From Bacteroidota bacterium (GTDB lineage Bacteria; Bacteroidota; Bacteroidia; NORP154): a DNA stretch of 64,000 bases. How positions within the stretch are numbered: the stretch's first letter is position 1; the number at the start of each line of letters is the position of its first letter. Shown piece by piece: positions 31,454 to 40,170 of this stretch. The stretch is taken from assembly GCA_043811005.1 (NCBI GenBank), contig JBDRNO010000260.1:19579-83578 (forward strand), written 5' to 3'. Both the position numbers and the translations under genes were made by a program. The notes under the pieces were generated by a model, which was not told where the DNA came from, made no database searches, and was given only the letters and a program-made list of their open reading frames with translations.

Positions 31454-31698
31454 ATAGAGGGGTAATTATAGTTTGTTTATTAAGTCGGTTATTTACCTCA
31501 CCCCCTGCCCCTCTCCTAAAAACAGTAGAGGGGAGAGCCAACGTGCAGGCTCTCCTCCGCCAGCTGGCGGAGAGATACAGAGGGAGTGAAAAATCTTAGC
31601 AATAAAATATCTTGTCTATTCTTTTGATTTTTCACGACTTAATACAAATACATTAAACTAAACGCGATGAAAGGGCATTTATTTCGACATTTTGCAAT

Positions 31699-31863
31699 TC
31701 AAATAACCTCTTGATGGGAACAGCCGTCTTTGAATCTACAGCCTATACAGACTGAACTGCTATTATTACCGGATCTTTCTTTTTTGATATTTTTTACCAG
31801 TTTATAAACAACATATATTACCGCTGCAATGACTATCACTAATGTTATAATTTCCTGAGTCAT
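31699..31863 (-). CDS. FeoB-associated Cys-rich small membrane protein (54 aa)
   Basis: Not in the ORF track. Manual translation gives MTQEIITLVIVIAAVIYVVYKLVKNIKKERSGNNSSSVCIGCRFKDGCSHQEVI: N-terminal TM helix, basic stretch and Cys-rich tail. Located 3' of feoB, as this family typically is. Confidence 0.5.
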   Translation of the reverse strand: MTQEIITLVIVIAAVIYVVYKLVKNIKKERSGNNSSSVCIGCRFKDGCSHQEVI

Positions 31864-31944
31864 GCTTTTTTGAATACAACTTTTAAATTGATTAAAAATA
31901 TTGATCTTTAGATTCTAAATTTATTCAAATACAAGAATTTGAAT

Positions 31945-31963
31945 AAAAACCGCTTTTAGCGGG
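31945..31963 (-). terminator. Putative intrinsic terminator on the minus strand, 3' of feoB
   Basis: On the minus strand reads cCCGC-TAAAA-GCGG followed by TTTTTATT. The stem is short, so this is weak. Confidence 0.35.
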
Positions 31964-32134
31964 AAATACATTTTACCAATATGATACAAGTCGGCAGTCT
32001 TCAGTCGGCAATCAGAAGTCTACAGTAAGAATTTTTTTTGCCGACTGGGGACTGCCGACTGTAGACTTGTCTATTAACACCAACAAAATTATCGTCCGCC
32101 AGCTGGCGGATGGTAAGTTTGCTTTTTAAAGAGC

Positions 32135-34408
32135 CTACAAAAATATACTACCGATCTGATAAACTAAAAAAGATACGATCCATGCCAGTACAGTTGTATA
32201 TGTCAATGTAAAAATTGCCCATTTCCAGCTGTTGGATTCTTTTTTTATGGCTGCAACTGCTGCAACACAGGGGAAATAGATCAGAATAAATAACATGAAA
32301 CCGAAAGCGATCAATGGAGTAAATACCCTTTGTCCTTTCATCTCACCGGAATGATAGGTATGGCTCTTCAATTTATGCATTAGGGTTTGGGATATCTCAT
32401 CAACATCCGGATCAGCCTGGTAAAGAACTCCCATTGTGCTAACAATAATTTCTTTAGCGCCAAGCCCTGCGATAAGGCTAACTCCCATTTTCCAATCAAA
32501 GCCCAGGGGTTTGATAGCAGGTTCAATAAAGTGTCCCATTCTTCCTATATAGGATATTTCATGTCTTTCAGCTTCCTTCTCAAGTTCCAACTGTCTTATG
32601 TGTTCATTTTTTTCAAAAGTCAGCGCTGACACCTTCTCCTCATCCAAAGCGTTTAAACTGCTTATTTGTTTATTATAGCCGGCTCCGGTTTGTGAAATAA
32701 GTTCATCATAATTTTTTGAGTACTTTACATTCCTGGGGTAGTATCCCAATGCCCATATTATAATGGATGCGATCAGGATAATTCCTCCCATTTTTTTCAG
32801 GTATTCAGAAGCATAGTTCCACATGTGTAACAGGATGAATTTCAAGGTCGGAACCCTATATGTAGGGAGCTCCATAACAAAAGGGACCTCATGTGACTTA
32901 AACAATGTCTTCTTAAAAACCACTGCCATTCCTATTGCAAGGGCAATACCTATAAAATATATGGAAAACAACATTGTTCCGGGATTATTAGGAAAAAACG
33001 CACCTATAAGCAAGATGTAAACCGGCAACCTGGCACTGCATGACATAAATGGATTTATGAGCATGGTCAGCAAACGGTCATTCCTGTTTTCTAAAGTCCT
33101 CGTTGCCATAATAGCAGGAACATTACAACCGAATCCCATTATCAGGGGAATAAATGATTTACCGTGCAGCCCGATCTTATGCATTATTTTATCCATTATG
33201 AATGCCGCACGCGACATATAACCAGTATTCTCCATCAATGAAATAAAGAAAAAGAGGATAATAATGTTTGGAAGAAAGACTATTACACCACCTACACCAC
33301 CTATAATGCCATCAATTAACAGGTCTTTTAGAGGCCCTTCTGTCATGAATGTATCAACTGAATCACCTATTATTGTAACAAGCTTGTCTATCCAATCCAT
33401 GGGCATCTTTCCGAATGTGAAAGTTGACTGGAACATCACCCACATGAAAAGGATAAAAATTGGGAATCCCCATAGCTTGTGAGTTAAAAAAGTATCAATT
33501 ATTTCTGTTTTTTTCCTTCTGGTTGGTATTCCTTCAGTGTATGTTTCTTTTACAGCTCCGGAAATAAAACCATATTTGGCATCTGTAATCAAAGTTTCAC
33601 CGTCTTCCCTGTACTGAGTTTCCAGTTTATTTATTTCTTCTTTTGAGATATCGTCAATCTCCCGGAAGTTTTTGCAAACTTTAAGCATGTCATAAACTTC
33701 CTGATCTTTTACTATAAGCTTTATAGCTAAAAATCTGGATGATAACCTGTCTGTATTTGAGATATTCTCCTTAACCTTGATTTTTTCCTGGATGGCTTTT
33801 ATTGATTTCTCAATAGGTGAGCCATAATTAATATGAATATGCCTGACTGTTGGCTCTTTATCTTCAAAAACCTCACTAGCTTTTTGGAATAACTCATTAA
33901 TGCCCTTTCCTTTGGAACTGACAGTGGGTATAATCGGGATACCGATCATTTTACCCATAGCTTCATAATCAAATCTATCACCTTTTTTCAACAATTCATC
34001 ATACATGTTTAAGGCAATCACTACCTTGATATCCATGTCAATTAGCTGTGTGGTAAGGAACAAATTTCTTTCAAGGTTTGAGGCATCAACAATGTTGATC
34101 ACAATGTCAGGATGTTTTTCAAGAATATGGTTCCTTACGTAAAGTTCCTCCGGACTATGAGCTGATAAGGAATATGTTGCGGGTAAATCTGTTATATTGA
34201 ATGTATACCCTTTTTGTTTAAATTCAGCCGTTTTGGAATCTATTGTTACCCCACCATAGTTGCCTGTATGCTCCCTTACTCCTGAGGCGTGATTAAAAAG
34301 AGATGTTTTCCCTGAATTGGGATTTCCTACTAATGCAACATTTATTATTATTCCCATTTCTTTGGTTGAAGTTTTATGAACACCCTTTGTAATTGTTCCT
34401 TTTCTCAT
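32135..34408 (-). CDS. feoB: ferrous iron transporter FeoB
   Basis: N-terminal G-domain (GNPNSGKTSLFN…) followed by a polytopic membrane domain. 757 aa. Confidence 0.93.
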   Translation of the reverse strand: MRKGTITKGVHKTSTKEMGIIINVALVGNPNSGKTSLFNHASGVREHTGNYGGVTIDSKTAEFKQKGYTFNITDLPATYSLSAHSPEELYVRNHILEKHPDIVINIVDASNLERNLFLTTQLIDMDIKVVIALNMYDELLKKGDRFDYEAMGKMIGIPIIPTVSSKGKGINELFQKASEVFEDKEPTVRHIHINYGSPIEKSIKAIQEKIKVKENISNTDRLSSRFLAIKLIVKDQEVYDMLKVCKNFREIDDISKEEINKLETQYREDGETLITDAKYGFISGAVKETYTEGIPTRRKKTEIIDTFLTHKLWGFPIFILFMWVMFQSTFTFGKMPMDWIDKLVTIIGDSVDTFMTEGPLKDLLIDGIIGGVGGVIVFLPNIIILFFFISLMENTGYMSRAAFIMDKIMHKIGLHGKSFIPLIMGFGCNVPAIMATRTLENRNDRLLTMLINPFMSCSARLPVYILLIGAFFPNNPGTMLFSIYFIGIALAIGMAVVFKKTLFKSHEVPFVMELPTYRVPTLKFILLHMWNYASEYLKKMGGIILIASIIIWALGYYPRNVKYSKNYDELISQTGAGYNKQISSLNALDEEKVSALTFEKNEHIRQLELEKEAERHEISYIGRMGHFIEPAIKPLGFDWKMGVSLIAGLGAKEIIVSTMGVLYQADPDVDEISQTLMHKLKSHTYHSGEMKGQRVFTPLIAFGFMLFILIYFPCVAAVAAIKKESNSWKWAIFTLTYTTVLAWIVSFLVYQIGSIFL

Positions 34409-34564
34409 TATTCTTTAATTCTAAAAGCCCTTGTTGTTTAGATTAATTCTAAATAACTAAGCGAAGAAAATACTTATTTAGAATAATTCCAAATAATATT
34501 TTAAAGAAGAGCCTAAATGTAGAATTTAAAATCAGGAATAGTTGGTAAATTTTACTTTGAAAGT

Positions 34565-35891
34565 TTATTTTACATGCAGCATTTTTTTCTTTAAAACCAT
34601 TCCATCACTTTTCAACACATAATAATACATTCCACTTCCTATGTTATATTCTTCGGGATCAAACCTTTCAATATACTTTCCATAATCATACCTCTGATCA
34701 TCTATCATTGTTCTTATTTCCCTTCCCATGAAGTCATAAACTTTAAGACTTATTATTGAACTTTTGTGTAATTTGAATGAGATAAAAGTCTCGTTGGTAA
34801 AAGGATTCGGGCGATTTTGATTTAGCAAGACATTAGCTGCAAATAGCTCTTCCTCAACACCGGAAATCAAATCCGGGTCAACAATAGCAGTCCAAATGCT
34901 CAGATCAGAGTCATCTAATCTTGTCCATATCGGTCTAATAACACTATCATGTGCAGTTATATTGGTATAATCTCCAAAAAACACTGATTGATCTGGCAGG
35001 AAAGGGGATTCACTAATTTTAAAATTTGTAAAGGTATATCCGCCATCGGTTGAAACAACCATATAAACATCCGTTTGATTGTTGTTATAATTTCTGCGGT
35101 CATAAAAAACAAAATATAAATATCCGTTTGTTTGATCAATTGTCATCCAGGTGAAGAACTGTTGTTTCCCGGGAGGGTCATTATTGACACGGATCGGGGC
35201 ACACCATGTATTTCCTCCGTCTGTTGATTTTGTCAGCCACACATCAGTGTCATCGGAACCGTTTCGCTGATCGGTCCAATTAATGTAAATAGATCCGCTA
35301 TATGGTCCGTTGCTAAGATCACAAACAGTTATAGGAAGACCATGTTTGCCCACCGTCAACCGATTTGGAAAATAAGATGATGGTGCTGTCATTGACGTTT
35401 GTACTGCCATAATCATCAAATTGTGTCCATGTTACATAAATGTGATTGGTATTTCTATCAACTACCACCCACTCTTTATCCTGCGCTTTGGTTCCATTTA
35501 AACCCATGTAAGTTCCGTCTGTCCATGTTGTTCCGTTATCTGATGATTTCTGACAAACAATCCTGTCTATCCAGTTTCCTGAATCAGGGTTGGAAAGATG
35601 GAAATAATAAAAATGACCAGCAGTGTCAACAAAAACAGCGGGATCGCCCCACACACCGTAAGAAGAGGATTGCACATGCTCAGTCCAGGTATATCCCCCG
35701 TCAGAAGAAACATAGTAATTATCTAAATTGGCAGCAGCTACAATTTTATCGGTATTATTGGGATCCAAGACAATGGTTGTCTCATTGGGATTATTCAAAT
35801 TACTTATAAGCACATTTGTATGTTGCGCGAAGAGTTGATTAAAAAGGAATAAGACGATTATAAAGCAAAATTTTTCCATACTTCTAATCAT
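34565..35891 (-). pseudogene. BNR-repeat (sialidase-like) T9SS cargo protein disrupted by a frameshift
   Basis: The upstream ORF (190 aa) has a signal peptide and SxDxGxTW BNR repeats. The overlapping downstream ORF (284 aa, +1 frame) continues BNR repeats and ends in a T9SS C-terminal domain (…YYYVLKSDGMVLKKKMLHVK). The frames switch near 35320-35345, with no homopolymer at the junction. Confidence 0.75.
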
Positions 35892-36125
35892 TAAATTGAT
35901 AGTATGAGAATTTTAATGTTTCGCCACGAATTTTAAAAAAAAATATATTAGTGTAAATTCGTGAATAGAATCTTATATTATTTTCATTACCCCACAACAA
36001 AGATAATAAAAAGATGGTTCACCCCGTGAAGCATTAATCATACAAAAAACAATAAGGAATATTGGCATCTTTATTGTACATCTAACTGTTAATTATTCAC
36101 ACTAGAGGCATTCAAATTAATAGTT

Positions 36126-36716
36126 ATGAAAACTTTTCTGGTAATTTTTTGTCTTATTCTTACTACAAACGCTTTTACACAAAAAAAGAAAGATATTATT
36201 AAGAAAATAGATAATTATATGAATAAAACTATTTATTATGCTATGTATGAAACAAATTATGATAGTTTAAAATCCGTAATAAAACAATATTTCATGGAAA
36301 ATGATTTCATTCAAACCAAAGAATCAGATTCTGATATGACCTTCTATACAAAAGTTCCATTTATGTGTTCAACATACAGGTATGCAAAATCATATAAATA
36401 TACAGCAATTAAACATAAAACTTGTTATAGAAAAGCTTTTGTTACAGTTTCAATTTATGATGAAAAACCGGGGAAAAACATACGTATATCGTGGTATGTT
36501 GTCAATTATCCTCCTGGTGTATGGAGGCATGGTGGGACAGGATATGTCGGATATTCATTTGATGAATTGTCATTACGTAAATATCTATATATTACCTATT
36601 ATAGGAAATTTATTCCATTTCCTGAACAGCTTGCAAACAGCATAAATGATTACAATGCTTCTCAAACGAAAGAGCAAAAAAAAATAGTAAAAAGCAAAAA
36701 TTATTATATTTACTAA
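36126..36716 (+). CDS. hypothetical secreted protein (Tyr/Lys-rich)
   Basis: Signal peptide. No recognised domain. Confidence 0.45.
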   Translation: MKTFLVIFCLILTTNAFTQKKKDIIKKIDNYMNKTIYYAMYETNYDSLKSVIKQYFMENDFIQTKESDSDMTFYTKVPFMCSTYRYAKSYKYTAIKHKTCYRKAFVTVSIYDEKPGKNIRISWYVVNYPPGVWRHGGTGYVGYSFDELSLRKYLYITYYRKFIPFPEQLANSINDYNASQTKEQKKIVKSKNYYIY

Positions 36717-36739
36717 TAAAAATAGAGCTGGTATACAGA

Positions 36740-36966
36740 TCAATAAACAACAACCTTGACTGTATTAACGCTCCGGCTATTTTGTATAGTCAAAAAGTAA
36801 ATCCCTTTATCGTGATTGCTTATATCAATTATCTTATGACCACTTCCGGCTGATAAATGATCAATATAGATTATCTGTCCAAGTATGTTTTTTATCGATA
36901 CGGAATAGTGGTCATTAATTTTATTCGAAACCTCTATAATGAATAGACCGGAGTTGGGATTTGGAT
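36740..36966 (-). other. Out-of-frame T9SS C-terminal sorting domain belonging to the M14/SprB gene
   Basis: The −1 frame immediately 3' of the heptamer repeat encodes PVYPNPNSGLFIIEVSNKINDHYSVSIKNILGQIIYIDHLSAGSGHKIIDISNHDKGIYFLTIQNSRSVNTVKVVVY* (stop at 36740-36742). Confidence 0.8.
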
Positions 36967-39900
36967 AAACAGGAAACAGGAAACAGGATCATAAATACCT
37001 ATAATATCAGCAACTTCAAAACTATCTGTTACGGTGCACCCCAAAGAATCTTCAATTACTACAATATAAGTGCCCCCAGTGATGCTGTCTAAATCTTCTG
37101 ATGTTGCACTATTTGACCATGAAAAAGTATAAGGGGGTGTTCCTCCTGTAACAGTTAAGTCAATTGCACCGTTACCTATAGAAGAAGAATCATCAGTTAC
37201 ATTTACCGAAAGTGAAATAGAACCGGGTTGGGTGATGGTTGCGCTGTCAATTGAAATACATTCCTTTGAATCTGTAACGGTTATTGTATATGTGTCTGCT
37301 ACGAGTTCTGTAACATTTTGTGTTGTTTCACCGGTTGACCATAAATAACTATAAGGCATTGTCCCTCCGCTTGTTGTGACTGTAGCGGAACCATCATTTT
37401 CTCCGAAACAACTAACATTTGAAACATCTGTCAAGAGTGATATTAAATCGGGCTGGATAACAGTTGCGCCTGTTATGGAAACACACCCGCTTGAATCAGT
37501 TACGGTAATATCATAAGTTCCTGGAGCTAAGCCGGTAATGTTTTGAGTTGTATCTCCATTAGACCAGTTATATGTAAAGGGACTTGTTCCTCCGGAAACC
37601 GTTAAGTTAATTGCACCGTCATTATCCCCATAACAGCTTACATCAGAAGTAACAGCAGTTAAAGAAGCAGCGTCAATATTGTTTATCAAAACCGTGTCTG
37701 TTTGAGTGTATCCCATGTTATCAGTAACTGAAACAAGATAAATTCCAGCTGTTAGCCCTGTAGCAGTTGCCGATGTTTGGTTTGACGGGTCATCCCATTG
37801 ATAGGAATATGGCGGTATTCCGTCTGTTACGATAACGGTTGCACTTCCGTCATTACCGGAACAGGTAGCATCTGTTGAGAATATGGATAATATCATAGGT
37901 ATGTTCTGAACGATATTAACTTCAAAATCATCAAAATAAAATCCGTCTTCCCTAAGGTACAGATCACTAACTATCCGGAATTTAATCAATATGCTTTGCC
38001 CTGCATAATCATCAAGATCTATCTCTTCCAAAACCCATGATGTTTGAAACCCGTCATAAAGGGGCTTTCCCTGGTCCTGGTTGCTGTTTCCTGTTGTAGT
38101 GTATTTGCCGCAAAGGGGTGTCCATGTGCTTCCCCCATCTGCTGATGCTAAAACCTGGGCGTAATCATATCCCAGTTCTATTTCCCATCTCGCCCAATAC
38201 GAAAGCCGGGCAGTTAAAGCATCGGTCAGATCAATGGGAGTGGATAAGGTAATGGAAGTACTTGAGCTATTCGAATAGTTACCTGAAGGGGAATCGGTTA
38301 TTGAACCGGAAGAGGTGTAGTATATAGAATTACTAACTCCCCACCCGGATGTTGATGTCCAATTCGTCATGGTATTGCAATTGTCGGTAAGGATAGTGCT
38401 GATCTGCCCGTATGTGTTAGTAATTGTGTCGGTATAGGTAAACAGCCCATTATCTACAGCGAGGACAAAACTAAATTGCTGTCCGTTTTGAATACTGGTA
38501 TCCAGTGAGAAAGAAATAGAGTCGTACATTTCCTCCAAAAGGGTTAAAAACGGATATGATTTGGGGCTTCCAACGCTTGTAATTTCAGTTCCCAGGGGTT
38601 GAATTTCAACGGTAAAGGTTGCCGGGCTGTCTAATCCCAGCCGTTGTATCTTAAAATTGAAATAATCGTTTTGCTGGTTGAAGATTGAAGGAGACAAGTC
38701 TTCTACTATTGAGTATTTGCCAACGAGGTGTGCAGCTGCTAAATTCTGCCACATATTGTCTTTGCATAAATCTATGATAGCAGAAGAAGGAGGCCAAAAG
38801 CCATAATTATCCGGTCCTGCTTCGGGTGTCATGGATATGATCTTATTTTTGGTGAATTGTTCTCCGTACATCCAATCATCAGTATCTCCGTTGGTGACAT
38901 ATCCTACTGTTTGGTCTCCTGTTCCAAAGATATAATCATTATCACGGGTCATGAGCCGGGCATAACTGAAAAAGATAGCAGAATCAGGAGTGAAGATGGA
39001 TTGCTCATAACCCCAGGGATATATCAACATATTGCTGTAAGTATGGTAGTTTAATGTTATCAGGATCTCATGGCTTTCACAAAATTCTCTTATAATATCG
39101 GTTTCCGGTTCTGAGAAAGGCCCCGTGCCTCTGTATGTCTCGTCATTTGTGTTTGGAGAAGACCCATCGTTATCATACCCCCACATATAGCCGTAGTTAC
39201 GGTTGAGGTCAACTCCGAAAGTGCCGTCACCGTTATTTCTCCTGTTTTTGCGCCACATACCGCCACCACTTGGGTTGGTGGTCCAGTTGTAGATATATCC
39301 GTCAGGGTTGATACAGGGGATGAAATACATTTCGGTGTTATCAACCAGATTGGTTACTTCATCGTCAGTGGCGTAGTTTTCCAGCAGGTAATACATATAA
39401 AATATCATCTGAGATATTGATGCGGGCTCCCTTGCGTGATGAAGTGCCGTGTAAAGCACCTCGGGTTCCGGTTCATTAATGGAGGGATTGTCTGATATTT
39501 TGACCCAGTAGATGGGTCTTCCTTCGATGGTGGTATTTGTTCCGATCTGTTGCCTAACGGTTATAATGGTTGGAAATTTGTATGCCATTGAGTCCAAATG
39601 GTCCAGCATCTCCTGGTAAGTGAAATATCCCCCCATTGATCCGAGGGTAAAGTTATCAGGAACAGGATAATCAACGCCAGAAGAGCAGCCATCTGAAAAA
39701 CGTTTTTTTTTTGAAGATTTTTTATTGGTTGGCTCTCCCTCTCCGCCATCTGGCGTAAGGTCAGGGGTTGTGCTTGTGTCGTTCTGTCTTTGGTAATGCT
39801 CTACTACGTCATCAATCAGGACATCATACTTAAAACCGTTTGATTTGATAAGCTCTATCTCTTTATATGAAAAGTCAGATATAAAGAAAACACCTTTTTT

Positions 39901-40095
39901 GACCTCACCGTGATCTACTGCTATTCCTAATTGCGACAGCTTAGCCAAGCCGTCTTTGCCAGTATATACTTTGACACGTGAGTATTTGGTTGTTTGTGAA
40001 AAACAAATACCGGTAGTAACCATTAAGGCAACTATGGTAAAAGCGATTCTTGCGAATCTTTGTAATTGATGGAGATTTAGAACAGTTGTTTTCAT
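36934..40095 (-). CDS. secreted M14 zinc carboxypeptidase with C-terminal SprB-type repeats; reading frame leaves the T9SS sorting domain at a heptanucleotide repeat
   Basis: Signal peptide. M14 motifs (…YTALHHAREPAS…, …NRN…, …HTYS…YPWGY…). Four or more roughly 75-aa Cys-containing repeats (…CYGDNDGAINLTVSGGTSPFTYNWSNGDTTQ…). The ORF stops 18 codons after (CCTGTTT)x3. Confidence 0.85.
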   Translation of the reverse strand: MKTTVLNLHQLQRFARIAFTIVALMVTTGICFSQTTKYSRVKVYTGKDGLAKLSQLGIAVDHGEVKKGVFFISDFSYKEIELIKSNGFKYDVLIDDVVEHYQRQNDTSTTPDLTPDGGEGEPTNKKSSKKKRFSDGCSSGVDYPVPDNFTLGSMGGYFTYQEMLDHLDSMAYKFPTIITVRQQIGTNTTIEGRPIYWVKISDNPSINEPEPEVLYTALHHAREPASISQMIFYMYYLLENYATDDEVTNLVDNTEMYFIPCINPDGYIYNWTTNPSGGGMWRKNRRNNGDGTFGVDLNRNYGYMWGYDNDGSSPNTNDETYRGTGPFSEPETDIIREFCESHEILITLNYHTYSNMLIYPWGYEQSIFTPDSAIFFSYARLMTRDNDYIFGTGDQTVGYVTNGDTDDWMYGEQFTKNKIISMTPEAGPDNYGFWPPSSAIIDLCKDNMWQNLAAAHLVGKYSIVEDLSPSIFNQQNDYFNFKIQRLGLDSPATFTVEIQPLGTEITSVGSPKSYPFLTLLEEMYDSISFSLDTSIQNGQQFSFVLAVDNGLFTYTDTITNTYGQISTILTDNCNTMTNWTSTSGWGVSNSIYYTSSGSITDSPSGNYSNSSSTSITLSTPIDLTDALTARLSYWARWEIELGYDYAQVLASADGGSTWTPLCGKYTTTGNSNQDQGKPLYDGFQTSWVLEEIDLDDYAGQSILIKFRIVSDLYLREDGFYFDDFEVNIVQNIPMILSIFSTDATCSGNDGSATVIVTDGIPPYSYQWDDPSNQTSATATGLTAGIYLVSVTDNMGYTQTDTVLINNIDAASLTAVTSDVSCYGDNDGAINLTVSGGTSPFTYNWSNGDTTQNITGLAPGTYDITVTDSSGCVSITGATVIQPDLISLLTDVSNVSCFGENDGSATVTTSGGTMPYSYLWSTGETTQNVTELVADTYTITVTDSKECISIDSATITQPGSISLSVNVTDDSSSIGNGAIDLTVTGGTPPYTFSWSNSATSEDLDSITGGTYIVVIEDSLGCTVTDSFEVADIIGIYDPVSCFLFIQIPTPVYSL
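36967..36987 (-). repeat. Heptanucleotide tandem repeat (CCTGTTT)x3 on the coding strand ((AAACAGG)x3 on +)
   Basis: Direct reading of 36967-36987. Confidence 0.95.
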
Positions 40096-40170
40096 ACATC
40101 AAATGTACAACTTTTTTATTATTTAATCTTAATTTTGATGGCATAAATAGAAATACACATTTTAATTTAC

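Noticed and set aside
35399-35809. 136-aa + strand ORF (MYCHNHQIV…).
   Set aside because: It is antisense to the BNR-repeat gene, with an unusual composition (H/Q/W-rich). Spurious.
36967-36987. Whether the (CCTGTTT)x3 repeat is merely a sequencing artefact.
   Set aside because: Not rejected outright. A 7-nt ×3 tandem array is not a typical homopolymer error and the downstream CTD is perfectly intact. It is kept as a finding with this caveat.
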